From: an uncultured Gemmatimonadales bacterium
GTDB taxonomy: Bacteria; Gemmatimonadota; Gemmatimonadetes; Gemmatimonadales; GWC2-71-9
DNA length: 64,000 bases
Direction: 5' to 3'
NCBI GenBank assembly: GCA_963815515.1
Contig: CAWFGP010000001.1
Location: 1,070,133 to 1,134,132, forward strand
Made by a program: the position numbers and the translations under genes. The stretch's first letter is position 1; the number at the start of each line of letters is the position of its first letter. The notes under the pieces are model-generated. The model was not told the DNA's origin, made no database searches, and saw nothing but the letters and a program-made list of their open reading frames with translations. Shown in pieces: positions 44,089-53,310 of this stretch.

Positions 44089-44996
44089 GTGCCGACCGTC
44101 ACGCGCTTCGACATGCCGCCCAGCACCTGCGCGGCGGTGCTGCCGAGATCGGCCGGGCTCGACACCACGGTGATCCCCGCGCCGCGCATGATCTCGACCT
44201 TCTCGGCCGCGCTCTCGCCGAAGGCGCGGATGATCGCGCCCGCATGGCCCATCCGGCGGCCTTTGGGGGCCGTGAGGCCGGCGACGTACCCGATCACCGG
44301 CTTCTTCATGTGCTCCTTGGCATGCAGCGCGGCCTCGGCTTCCTGCGGGCCGCCGATCTCGCCGATCATCATGACCGCTTCGGTTTCGGGGTCCTCCTCG
44401 AAGCGCTGCAGGATGTCCACGAACGAGCTGCCGTTGATCGGGTCGCCGCCGATGCCGACGCTGGTCGTGATGCCGATGCCGAGCGCCTTCATCTGCGACG
44501 CGGCCTCGTAGCCGAGGGTACCCGAGCGGGTCACCAGGCCCACGGTGCCGCGCTGGTAGATGTGTCCCGGCATGATGCCGATCATGGCCTTGCCGGGACT
44601 GATGATGCCGGCGCAGTTGGGACCGATGAGCGTGGAGCGCTTCTCCCTGGGATACCGGCGCTGGTAGCGCTTCACCGTGATCATGTCCTGCGCCGGGATG
44701 CCGTCCGTGATGGCGCAGATCAGCCGGATGCCCGCGTCGGCCGCCTCCATGATGGAGTCCGCGCAGAACGCCGCCGGGACGAAGATGATGGAGGCCTCGG
44801 CGCCGGCCTGCTTCACCGCTTCCTTGACCGTGTTGAACACCGGCAGGTCGAGATGCCGCTTGCCGCCTTTGCCGGGGGTCACACCGCCTACGAGGTTGGT
44901 GCCGTAGGCCCGCATCTCCTTGCTGTGGAACGTTCCTTTGTCCCCGGTGAAGCCCTGGACGATGACGCGGGTCCGTTCGTCGATGAGGATGCTCAT
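44085..44996 (-). CDS. mtkB: malate--CoA ligase alpha subunit (SucD-like)
   Basis: [36 protein letters not shown]; coupled to mtkA. Confidence 0.88.
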   Translation of the reverse strand: MSILIDERTRVIVQGFTGDKGTFHSKEMRAYGTNLVGGVTPGKGGKRHLDLPVFNTVKEAVKQAGAEASIIFVPAAFCADSIMEAADAGIRLICAITDGIPAQDMITVKRYQRRYPREKRSTLIGPNCAGIISPGKAMIGIMPGHIYQRGTVGLVTRSGTLGYEAASQMKALGIGITTSVGIGGDPINGSSFVDILQRFEEDPETEAVMMIGEIGGPQEAEAALHAKEHMKKPVIGYVAGLTAPKGRRMGHAGAIIRAFGESAAEKVEIMRGAGITVVSSPADLGSTAAQVLGGMSKRVTVGT

Positions 44997-46186
44997 GGCT
45001 TTCCATTCCCGGCCGTGCTGCCCGAGGCCTTGAGGACGGCCACGACCTTCTCGGCCGCCTCGGTGAGGGTATCCGCCGTGGCCAGCTCGAGCCCGCTCTC
45101 CCGCAGGATCCGCCGGCCCTCCTCGACATTGGTGCCGGCCAGCCGCACCACCAGCGGGACCGTGGGTTTGAGCTCCTTGACGGCGTTCACCACGCCCTGG
45201 GCGACCCAGTCGCAGCGGTTGATGCCGGCGAAGATGTTGACCAGGATCGCGCGCACCTTGGGATCGGCGAGGACCAGCCGGAAGGCATTGCAGACCTTCT
45301 CGGGCGAAGCGCCACCGCCCACGTCGAGGAAGTTGGCCGGCGAGCTCCCGGCGTGCTTGATGAGATCCATCGTGCCCATCGCCAGCCCGGCGCCGTTCAC
45401 GATGCAGCCGATCTCGCCGTCGAGCGCGACGTAGTTGATCCCGTACTCCGCCGCCTGCGACTCCCGGGGATCCTCCTCGGCGTAGTCCCTGAGCTCGCTC
45501 ACGTTGGGCCGGCGGAAGAGCGCGTTGTCGTCGAAGGTCATCTTGCAGTCGAGCGCCAGCAGCTGGCCGTCGGTCGTGGCCACCAGCGGGTTGATCTCCA
45601 CCATGGTGGCGTCGAGGTCGCGGAAGGCCCGGTAGCAGCCGAGCAGCGTCGTCACCGCCCGGGTCACCTGCGCCGCGTCGAGCCCCAGCGCGAACGCGAT
45701 CTCGCGCGCCTGGAACGCGGTGAGCCCCACCGCGGGCTCGACCGTCGAGCGGATGATCGCCTCGGGGGACTTCTCCGAGATCTCCTCGATCTCCATGCCG
45801 CCCTGCGCGGAGGCGACGATCATCACGCGCTCGCTCTTCCGGTCGAGCACGAAGCCGAGATAGATCTCGCGCTCGATGGGGACCGCCGCCTCCACATAGA
45901 GCCGGTGAACGGTGCGGCCCTCGGGACCGGTCTGATGGGTGACGAGGCGCCTACCCAGGAGCGCCTTGGATGCCGTCCGCACTTCGTCCTCGTTCGAGCA
46001 GAGCTTGATGCCACCGGCCTTGCCGCGCGCGCCGGAGTGGATCTGCGCCTTCACGGCCCAGCGGACGCCGCCGATCTCGGAGGCGCGATAGACGGCCTGC
46101 TCCGGGCTGTACGCCACCCCGCCCCGCGGGATCGCGACGCCGAAGCCGGCGAGCAGCTCTTTGGCCTGGTATTCGTGGATGTCCAC
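44993..46186 (-). CDS. mtkA: malate--CoA ligase beta subunit
   Basis: [38 protein letters not shown]; [11 protein letters not shown] as recalled for MtkA (SucC has NIFGGIxRCD); next to mcl. Confidence 0.88.
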   Translation of the reverse strand: MDIHEYQAKELLAGFGVAIPRGGVAYSPEQAVYRASEIGGVRWAVKAQIHSGARGKAGGIKLCSNEDEVRTASKALLGRRLVTHQTGPEGRTVHRLYVEAAVPIEREIYLGFVLDRKSERVMIVASAQGGMEIEEISEKSPEAIIRSTVEPAVGLTAFQAREIAFALGLDAAQVTRAVTTLLGCYRAFRDLDATMVEINPLVATTDGQLLALDCKMTFDDNALFRRPNVSELRDYAEEDPRESQAAEYGINYVALDGEIGCIVNGAGLAMGTMDLIKHAGSSPANFLDVGGGASPEKVCNAFRLVLADPKVRAILVNIFAGINRCDWVAQGVVNAVKELKPTVPLVVRLAGTNVEEGRRILRESGLELATADTLTEAAEKVVAVLKASGSTAGNGKP

Positions 46187-46223
46187 GCTCAGCCTCCGTC
46201 GACTTCGTGATGCCGGTGAATTA

Positions 46224-46290
46224 CGTCATCCTGAGCGCAGCGAAGGAGCCATGACCAGAGGCATGCCTCCTTCGCTCCGCTCAGAATGAC
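46224..46290. repeat. CGTC-tagged REP-like palindrome
   Basis: GTCATCCTGAGCGCAGCGAAGGAG...CTCCTTCGCTCCGCTCAGAATGAC, 24-bp arms with 2 mismatches. Confidence 0.9.
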
Positions 46291-46305
46291 ACGAGCGATC
46301 CAAGC

Positions 46306-47271
46306 CTATTGCGCTCCGACGACCGTCTTCCCGCTCTGACCGTCGATCGCCGCCGCCATGTTCACCACGTTCTGCGCCATCCGCGCCGACGCCGCATCGA
46401 TCATCCGCCCGTCGAGCTGCGCTGCGCCGCGGCCTTCGCGCGCCGCGTCCTCCAGCGCCGCCAGGATCCGCCTGGCCCGGTCCACCTCCGCGGGCGGCGG
46501 GCTGAACACCTCGTTGGCGAGCGCGATCTGCGACGGGTGGATGGCCCACTTGCCCTCGACCCCGAGCGCGGCGGCGCGCCGCGCGGCGAGCCGGTAGCCC
46601 TCCGGATCCTTGAAATCGCCGAACGGACCGTCGATCGGCCGGAGACCGTAGGCCCGGCACGCCACGATCATGCGCGAGAGCGCCGCGTGCCACTGGTCGC
46701 CCGGATAGTCGGGGTTGAGGCCGCCGATCACGACGGTACGGGCCCGGCAGCTCGCCGCGTAGTCCGCCACGCCGAAGTGCATCGCCTCGAGGCGGCGGCT
46801 GGATTGCGCGATCGCCTCGACGTTCGCCATGCCGAGCGCCGTCTCGATCAGCACGTCGATCCCCAGGCGGTGCGGGATCCCCTTGGCCTCCTCGATCTGG
46901 GAGACCATGGCGTCGACCATGTAGACGTCCGCCGGGACGCCCACCTTGGGAATCAGAATGGTATCCAGCCGGTGGCCGGCCTGCTCCACCACGTCGACCA
47001 CGTCCCGGTACATGTAATGGGTGTCGATGCCGTTGATGCGCACCGAGATCGTCTTGCCGCGCCCGCGCCAGTCGAGCTCGAGCAGTGCCTGGATGACGTT
47101 GGTCCGGGCCCGCTCCTTGTCGCCCGGCGCGACCGCGTCCTCGAGATCGAGGAAGATGTAGTCGGCCTCGCCGTCGAGGGCCTTCTGGAACATCGCCGGG
47201 TTCGAGCCCGGCACCGCCAGCTCGCTGCGCTGCAGCCGCTGGCGGGCGGGCTCGAAGCGCGTGTGGCTCAT
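46306..47271 (-). CDS. mcl: malyl-CoA lyase
   Basis: RSELAVPGSNP, FLDLEDAVAP, RINGIDTHYMYRDVVD, IETALGMANVEAIA, CRAYGLRPIDGPFGD, GKWAIHPSQI. Confidence 0.92.
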   Translation of the reverse strand: MSHTRFEPARQRLQRSELAVPGSNPAMFQKALDGEADYIFLDLEDAVAPGDKERARTNVIQALLELDWRGRGKTISVRINGIDTHYMYRDVVDVVEQAGHRLDTILIPKVGVPADVYMVDAMVSQIEEAKGIPHRLGIDVLIETALGMANVEAIAQSSRRLEAMHFGVADYAASCRARTVVIGGLNPDYPGDQWHAALSRMIVACRAYGLRPIDGPFGDFKDPEGYRLAARRAAALGVEGKWAIHPSQIALANEVFSPPPAEVDRARRILAALEDAAREGRGAAQLDGRMIDAASARMAQNVVNMAAAIDGQSGKTVVGAQ

Positions 47272-48524
47272 CGAGCGGCGCCCGCGGTGGCCTTCTCCTT
47301 CGCGGCCGCCGGCTGGGCGTCGGGCGCGCGCGGCGGCAGCTCTCGCGACTCGAGGGGCTTGGCGGTGCTCCGCCAGTATTCCTCCGCCGCGCCGACGCCG
47401 CTGCCCGCCGTGAGCTTCACGCCCGCGTCGCGCATCGCCATTTCGGCGCCGGCGATGCCGCCGAGGAGCATGCATTCGTTCAGGTCGCCCAGGTGGCCGA
47501 TGCGGAACAGCCTCCCCGCCATGCGCGCGAGCCCCGCGCCGAGCGCCAGGTTGTAGCGGCGGTAGGCGATGTCGATCACTTCGGCGGCGTTGATGCCGGC
47601 CGGCACCATGATGGCGCTGACCGTGTCCGAATACCACTTGGGCTGCCGGGCGCAGAGCTCGAGGCCCCATGCCTTGACCGCCGCGCGGGTGCCCTCGGCG
47701 AGCCGGTGGTGCCGGGCGAGCACGTTCTCCAGCCCTTCCTCGAAGATCACGTTCAGCGCTTCCCGGAGTCCGTACAGCAGCGGCAGCGACGGCGTGTAGG
47801 GGAAGTAGCCGGTGGCGTTGGCCTTCTTCATGTCGCCGAAGTCGAAGAACACCCGCGGCAGCTTGGCGGAGTCATAGAGTGCCGCGGCCTTCGGGCTCAC
47901 CGCCACGATGCCCAGGCCGGCCGGGAGCATGAGCCCCTTCTGCGAGCCGGTCACGGCGCAGTCGACGCCCCATTCATCCATGCGGAAGTCGATGCTGCCG
48001 ATCGAGCTCACCCCGTCCACCATCAGCAGCGCGGGATGCCTGGTGTCGTTCAGCGCCTTCCGGATCCCGGCGACGTCGCTGGTGACGCCGGTGGCGGTCT
48101 CGTTGTGGGTGAAGAGCACCGCCTTGATCTCGTGCGCCTTGTCGGCCGCGAGCGCCTCCTGGTACCGCTCGATGGGAGCGCCCTCGCCCCACTCGGTGTC
48201 GAGCACGTCCACCCGGAGCCCCAGCCGCTGGGCCATGTCGATCCAGAGGTGGCTGAACATGCCGAAGCGCGCCGCGAGGACCCGGTCGCCCGGACTCAGG
48301 GTGTTGGAGAGCGAGGCCTCCCAGGCGCCCGTCCCGCTCGCCGGGAAGATGTATGCCTGGCCCGTGGTGGTCTTGAAGATCTTCTTGAGGTCCTGCAGCA
48401 CCGGGGCCGCGAGCTTCGGGAAATCGGACGACCGGTGATCCTCCATCGCGACATGCATGGCGCGGAGAATACGGTCGGGCGTATTCGTGGGACCCGGGAC
48501 GAAGAGGAAGTTGCGGCCGGCCAT
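47268..48524 (-). CDS. sgaA: serine--glyoxylate aminotransferase (class V PLP)
   Basis: GRNFLFVPGPTN..EDHRS, SGTGAWEA, HNETATGV, DGVSS, GSQKG, YFPYTP, FRIGHLGDLN. Confidence 0.92.
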   Translation of the reverse strand: MAGRNFLFVPGPTNTPDRILRAMHVAMEDHRSSDFPKLAAPVLQDLKKIFKTTTGQAYIFPASGTGAWEASLSNTLSPGDRVLAARFGMFSHLWIDMAQRLGLRVDVLDTEWGEGAPIERYQEALAADKAHEIKAVLFTHNETATGVTSDVAGIRKALNDTRHPALLMVDGVSSIGSIDFRMDEWGVDCAVTGSQKGLMLPAGLGIVAVSPKAAALYDSAKLPRVFFDFGDMKKANATGYFPYTPSLPLLYGLREALNVIFEEGLENVLARHHRLAEGTRAAVKAWGLELCARQPKWYSDTVSAIMVPAGINAAEVIDIAYRRYNLALGAGLARMAGRLFRIGHLGDLNECMLLGGIAGAEMAMRDAGVKLTAGSGVGAAEEYWRSTAKPLESRELPPRAPDAQPAAAKEKATAGAAR

Positions 48525-48646
48525 GCGGGGACCCTCGCGACTGAAAGAAAAGGACTGGGCGGAGACGAGACGCCTCCGCCGGATCTGACTACATTAGCAG
48601 GCGCCGCGGCCCGGGCCACCCACTGTATTTTTATACGTCCAGCCCC

Positions 48647-48676
48647 ATGTATAGCACTTTGTGCTTTTTTTCACAA
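48647..48676 (-). promoter_or_regulatory. putative sga promoter overlapped by a Rex-like operator
   Basis: TTGTGCTTTTTTTCACAA at 48659-48676; the minus strand reads TTGTGA-17 nt-TATACA with TG at the extended -10 position. Confidence 0.6.
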
Positions 48677-48686
48677 GGCTGAGATC

Positions 48687-50030
48687 TTGTCCCTCCCGAC
48701 CGCCCATCCCCACGCGAATGCACCCGTCCGCGAGCTCCTGACGGAGCTCTATCGCGTTGCCACAGCAGCCGTTGACCCGGCCCCGGCCGTGGCCAGCCGG
48801 CTCGACCGGCTCCAGCGCGAGCCCGGACGCCGCCGCTGGATCCTGGCCCTCGGCAAGGCGGCTATCCCGATGGCCAGGGCCGCGGTGGAGACCCTCGCGG
48901 GATGGGGAGACTCGCCGGCCGGCGGCGTCGTGGTGGCCCCGGAGCTCCAGCGGGCACTGCATCCAAGGCTCCCCGTCGTCGCCGGTGACCATCCGGAGCC
49001 CGGCCCCGGGTCGCTGGCGGCCGCGGAGGCGCTGGGCCGGGCGGCCGCCGCGGTCGCGCCGGAGGACGAGGTCTGGGTGCTGCTTTCGGGCGGCGCCTCG
49101 AGCCTGCTCGCTGCGCCCGTCGAGGGCGTGTCGCCCCAGGAGCTGACCACCCTCTACCGCCTGCTGCTCGGCTCCGGCCTCGACATCACCGCCATGAACC
49201 GGATCCGGAAGCGCTTCTCCCGCTGGGCGGCGGGCCGACTGGCTCAGGCGCTGGCGCCCGCCCGGGTGCGGGTCTTCGTCGTCTCCGACGTCATCGGCGA
49301 CGATCTGCCCTCCATCGGTTCCGGCCCCTGCGTCCCCGACGCCACCACCGGCGCCGAGGTCCGGCGAATGCTGGAGGACGCCGGGCTCTGGGATCGTATC
49401 CCCGCCGCCGCGCGGCGCGTCGTCATGGCGTCGGAGTCGGGGGAAACGGCGGAAACGCCAAAGCCGGGAGATGCGGCCTTCGCGCGGGTGACCCTCGAGC
49501 TGATCGCCAGTAACCGGTTGGCCCTCGAAGCTGCGGCCAAGCGTGCGGCAGAGTTGGGCCTCGCTCCCATCGTGGCGGAGACGCCGCTCGCCGGGGAGGC
49601 GTCGGCAACCGGGGCGAGTGTAGCCGCTTCTATTCTACAAAATTGCGGCCGGTTGGAGATCCCGCAACCAGCCGCACCGAGGCGTTGCTACATCTGGGGC
49701 GGCGAGACGACCGTCACCCTGGGCGACGCGCCCCCGGGGCTCGGCGGCCGTTGCCAGGAGCTGGCGTTGGCGGCGGCACGGGTGCTGGCCGGCGCGCGGC
49801 CGGGTATCGCGCTGCTTGCCGCGGGCACCGATGGCCGCGATGGACCGACCGACGCCGCCGGCGCGATCGTCGACGGCGGCACCTGGCGCGCGGCAGCCGC
49901 CGCGGGGCGGGATCCTGCGCGCGATCTGGCCGCGCATGACGCCTATCGGGCGCTCGACGCGGCGGGGGCGCTGCTCAAGGTGGGGCTGACGGGGACGAAC
50001 GTGATGGATGTGGTGATCGGGGTGGGGTAG
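48687..50030 (+). CDS. gck: glycerate 2-kinase (TtuD/MOFRL, DUF4147)
   Basis: LGKAAIPMA, GDHPEP, LLSGGASSL, SDVIGDD..IGSGP, GGETTV, GGRCQELAL, GTDGRDG, TGTNVMD; TTG start assumed. Confidence 0.9.
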   Translation: MSLPTAHPHANAPVRELLTELYRVATAAVDPAPAVASRLDRLQREPGRRRWILALGKAAIPMARAAVETLAGWGDSPAGGVVVAPELQRALHPRLPVVAGDHPEPGPGSLAAAEALGRAAAAVAPEDEVWVLLSGGASSLLAAPVEGVSPQELTTLYRLLLGSGLDITAMNRIRKRFSRWAAGRLAQALAPARVRVFVVSDVIGDDLPSIGSGPCVPDATTGAEVRRMLEDAGLWDRIPAAARRVVMASESGETAETPKPGDAAFARVTLELIASNRLALEAAAKRAAELGLAPIVAETPLAGEASATGASVAASILQNCGRLEIPQPAAPRRCYIWGGETTVTLGDAPPGLGGRCQELALAAARVLAGARPGIALLAAGTDGRDGPTDAAGAIVDGGTWRAAAAAGRDPARDLAAHDAYRALDAAGALLKVGLTGTNVMDVVIGVG

Positions 50031-50046
50031 GCGCTACAATCGGGGC

Positions 50047-50246
50047 CGTCATCTCGAGCGGAGTGAGGGACCTTGCCCGGGAATGCCTCGAGCCATTCCC
50101 CGCACAAGCCATTCACCACGGAAACACGGAAGGCACGGAAAACAGCAACAGCAAAGTCTAGTGGTTTGCTGAATGCGCCCTTCGGTTTCCTCCGTGCGGC
50201 CGTGCAGCTTCCGTGTCTTCCGTGTCTTCTGGGTTTCCGTGGTGAA
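50047..50246. repeat. second composite element: one REP-like arm plus TTCACCACGG...CCGTGGTGAA inner palindrome
   Basis: CGTCATCTCGAGCGGAGTGAGGGACCTTGCCCGGGAATGCCTCG matches the 40113 arm; inner element 50112-50246 shares ACAGCAACAGC and TGGTTTGCT with the 40179-40266 copy. Confidence 0.88.
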
Positions 50247-50266
50247 ACCGGTGACACGACCGCCCG

Positions 50267-50692
50267 CTACGGCCTGAGCGGCAGCCGGGGCCGCCAGTCG
50301 CTCCCGATCAACACGCTGACATCCACGCGCCGAAGTGTGTCCGGCTGGATCACCACCCGCCCGACCCCGAGCGCTTCGGCCACGTCCCGCCCCTGCCCCG
50401 GATCGCCCCGCCGCACGTAGATCCGCGTGCTGTCCGAGATCGGCCCCGTCCCGAAGAAGACGACGTCGAGCCCTTGCTGGCGGAGCGCGCGCGTCGCGAT
50501 CCGGGCAAGGCCCGGCCGCCGCGTGCCGTTCAGCACTTCCACCCGGATCCGGCGCCCAGGCGACGGAATGGGATAGGCGTGTCCGGCGATGTGCTCGCGC
50601 TCGGGGGGCAGCATGAGCGCCACCGCCCCCGCGATGGCCACCGCGAGCGCGGCGATCAGCGCGAGCCGGAGGGCGCGACGAGGCTGTTCCAG
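50267..50692 (-). CDS. LytR C-terminal domain membrane protein
   Basis: One TM, then IRVEVLNGTRRPGLA..DVSVLIGSDW; start uncertain. Confidence 0.8.
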   Translation of the reverse strand: MEQPRRALRLALIAALAVAIAGAVALMLPPEREHIAGHAYPIPSPGRRIRVEVLNGTRRPGLARIATRALRQQGLDVVFFGTGPISDSTRIYVRRGDPGQGRDVAEALGVGRVVIQPDTLRRVDVSVLIGSDWRPRLPLRP

Positions 50693-51213
50693 AAACGCAC
50701 CGTGGGGTCGATGAGCGGCCGCCCCGAGCCGATGAGGCGCGCCAGCCGGTCGCCGGCCACCGCGAGCAGGACGCCGGCGGAATCGTGGGGATATCGATCG
50801 GCCAGCTCGGCCCGCCACTCGCGCCTGAAGGCGCGCCCGGGCTCGAGGTAGTCCGCGCAGTACAGCACCCGGCCGACCATGTCCCAGTCCGCCCAGCCCA
50901 CCGAATGGTAGCGCACGGCGTCGAGGATCCCCCGGTCGGTCTCACCCTCCGCCGCCGCCCGCGCCGCGCTGGCCGGTCCGTGCCGAACGGACCCCGGCCA
51001 CGGCGCGTCCGCGGCCCAGCGCTCGAGCGTGGCCGGGGCCGCGTCGCGAAACGCGTCGTGCAGCCACGCCGCCCGGAGCCACCGCTCCCGCTCGGCCGCC
51101 GAGATGCGCATCCGCTCGGCCCAGCCGTCGGCGAGCGCCACGACCCGCTCGATGTGCGCCGCCCGCTCGGGCGAGACCTCCGCCCACGAGGGCAACCCGC
51201 TCTGACCGGTCAC
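50656..51213 (-). CDS. HD-domain hydrolase (YqeK-like)
   Basis: RAAHIERV, AAWLHDA, HGPASA, AVRYHS, YCADYLEPGR. Confidence 0.85.
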   Translation of the reverse strand: MTGQSGLPSWAEVSPERAAHIERVVALADGWAERMRISAAERERWLRAAWLHDAFRDAAPATLERWAADAPWPGSVRHGPASAARAAAEGETDRGILDAVRYHSVGWADWDMVGRVLYCADYLEPGRAFRREWRAELADRYPHDSAGVLLAVAGDRLARLIGSGRPLIDPTVRFWNSLVAPSGSR

Positions 51214-52067
51214 CCGTCGAGGCCCTGGCCGAGGATGATGTTGTCGATCAGCCGCGTCCGCCCGAGGCGGGCGGCCAGCGCCACTACCGTGTCGGCGCCG
51301 ACCGTCTCTACCGGCGCGAGCGTGGCGGGCTCCGCGATGGCGACGTACTCCACCTGCACCGCGGGCTCGGCGGCGAGCACGCGGCGCATGGTGGCCTGCA
51401 GCGCTGCCGCATCGCGCTCGCCCGACCGGAACGCATCGTGGGCGGCACGGAGCGCGACGCTCAACACCACCGCCCGCGTCCGGTGGTCGGCGTCGAGATA
51501 GGCGTTCCGGCTGCTGAGCGCGAGGCCGTCGGGCTCCCGCACGGTCGGCACGACGACGATCTCCAACCGCCAGTCCAGGTCGCGCACCATCTGCCGCACC
51601 AGCGTCGCCTGCTGGATGTCCTTCCGACCGAAGCACGCCACGTCCGGCTCGACCAGATGGAAGAGCTTCGCGACCACCGTCAGCACACCTTCGAAGTGGC
51701 CGGGCCGCGCCGCACCCTCCCACCGGGCCGCCGTCGCGCCGGGCACCACGCGGATCTCCGACCCGGGGGGATACATGACACGCTCGCTCGGCACGAACAG
51801 CACATCGGTCCCGCGCGCCTCGGCCAGGGCGCGGTCGCGCGGCAGGTCGCGAGGATAGCGAGCGAGATCCTCGGTCGGCCCGAACTGCAGCGGGTTGACG
51901 AAAATGCTCATGATGACGCGATCGGCTCGCCGGCGCGCCTCGTCGACCAGGCGGAGGTGCCCTTCGTGGAGGAAGCCCATCGTGGGCACGAGACCGATGC
52001 GCCGGCCTGCCGCGCGCTCGTCGCGCACCCAGCGGCGCAGGTCGGCAATGGAGCTGAGCTCGATCAT
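51210..52067 (-). CDS. panC: pantoate--beta-alanine ligase
   Basis: VPTMGFLHEGH, FVNPLQF, RPGHFEGV, GLALSSRN, RLIDN. Confidence 0.96.
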   Translation of the reverse strand: MIELSSIADLRRWVRDERAAGRRIGLVPTMGFLHEGHLRLVDEARRRADRVIMSIFVNPLQFGPTEDLARYPRDLPRDRALAEARGTDVLFVPSERVMYPPGSEIRVVPGATAARWEGAARPGHFEGVLTVVAKLFHLVEPDVACFGRKDIQQATLVRQMVRDLDWRLEIVVVPTVREPDGLALSSRNAYLDADHRTRAVVLSVALRAAHDAFRSGERDAAALQATMRRVLAAEPAVQVEYVAIAEPATLAPVETVGADTVVALAARLGRTRLIDNIILGQGLDG

Positions 52068-52086
52068 GGACTCGGAGGCAGGAGGA

Positions 52087-52899
52087 TCAGTCGAAGCTGT
52101 GCTCCGGCCCGGGGTAGGTGCCATCGCGCACCTCGGCGGCATAGGACCGGACGGCGGTGCGTACCGCCTCCCCCAGCTCGGCGTAGCGCTTGAGGAACTT
52201 GGGATTGAACATCTCGTTGAGGCCGAGCATGTCGTGCAGCACCAGCACCTGCCCGTCGCAGTGCACTCCGGCGCCGATCCCGATCGTGGGAATCGTGAGC
52301 GCGGCGGTGATCCGCTTGGCGAGCGCCGCCGGCAGCAGCTCGAGGACGATGGCGCAGGCCCCCGCCTCCTCGAGCGCACGCGCGTCGGCCAGGAGCCGCT
52401 CAGCGGCCGAGGCCTCTCTCCCCTGCACCCGGTAGCCGCCGAGCGCATGCACGGACTGGGGGGTGAGGCCGAGATGCCCGATCACGGGAATGCCGCGGTC
52501 CACCAGCGCCCGGACCGTCTCCGCCATCGGCCGGCCACCCTCGAGCTTCACACCGTGGGCGCCGCTCTCCTGCAGCACGCGGCCGGCGTTCCGGATCGCG
52601 TCGGTGGGTGACACCTGATAGGTGAGGAACGGGAGATCCACGAAGACCAGCGCGCGGCGCGCGCCCCGCCGAACGGAGGCGGCGTGGTAGATCATCTGGT
52701 CCAGCGTGGCGCTGAGGGTCGTCTCCTGCCCCGCCAGCACCTGATTGACCGAGTCGCCGACCAGCAGGACGTCGACCTCCGCCTGTTCCAGCAGCCGCGC
52801 GAACGCGGCGTCGTAGCAGGTGAGCATCACGATCCGGCGTCCCGCCGCCTTCATCGCGAGCAGATCGGGCACCGTCATCGGCCGTGCGTCAGCGTTCAT
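52087..52899 (-). CDS. panB: 3-methyl-2-oxobutanoate hydroxymethyltransferase
   Basis: MLTCYD, LLVGDS, VKLEGG, GHLGLTPQ, IGIGAG..DGQVLV. Confidence 0.96.
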   Translation of the reverse strand: MNADARPMTVPDLLAMKAAGRRIVMLTCYDAAFARLLEQAEVDVLLVGDSVNQVLAGQETTLSATLDQMIYHAASVRRGARRALVFVDLPFLTYQVSPTDAIRNAGRVLQESGAHGVKLEGGRPMAETVRALVDRGIPVIGHLGLTPQSVHALGGYRVQGREASAAERLLADARALEEAGACAIVLELLPAALAKRITAALTIPTIGIGAGVHCDGQVLVLHDMLGLNEMFNPKFLKRYAELGEAVRTAVRSYAAEVRDGTYPGPEHSFD

Positions 52900-53308
52900 G
52901 GGCTTGCAGCTCCGCCAGCTCTCGCAGCCAGAAGTCGCGGTTGGGCAGCTCGGGATGGGGAATGATAAGGTCGGCCTCCGTCACGCGCCGCTGCCCATAG
53001 CGCACGATGTCCACATCGATGGTCCGAGGGCCCCATCGCTCGCCGCGGACCCGGCCCCGCGCGCGCTCAATCTCGTGGCAGGCCTCGAGCAGCTCACGCG
53101 GGGTGAGCCGCGTCTCGAGCAGGACCATCTGGTTGAGGTACGGCGGCTGCGTCATGCCGGCGAGCGGGGCCGTCTCCTCGACGGCCGACGCAGCCACGAG
53201 CTTGGTGTCGGGCAGCTTCGCCAGCGCGTCGCGGGCGGCAGCGAGGTGTCCGGCCCGGTCGCCGAGATTGCTGCCGAGCGCCAGGTACGCGCGTTCGGCG
53301 GCGGCCAT
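52889..53308 (-). CDS. folK: 2-amino-4-hydroxy-6-hydroxymethyldihydropteridine diphosphokinase
   Basis: YLALGSNLG, YLNQ, WGPRTIDVDI, IPHP. Confidence 0.95.
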   Translation of the reverse strand: MAAAERAYLALGSNLGDRAGHLAAARDALAKLPDTKLVAASAVEETAPLAGMTQPPYLNQMVLLETRLTPRELLEACHEIERARGRVRGERWGPRTIDVDIVRYGQRRVTEADLIIPHPELPNRDFWLRELAELQAHER

Positions 53309-53310
53309 GA

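Noticed and set aside
44085-46186. TCA-cycle succinyl-CoA synthetase sucCD
   Set aside because: MtkA-type motifs and the position between mcl and hpr/ppc favour malate thiokinase.
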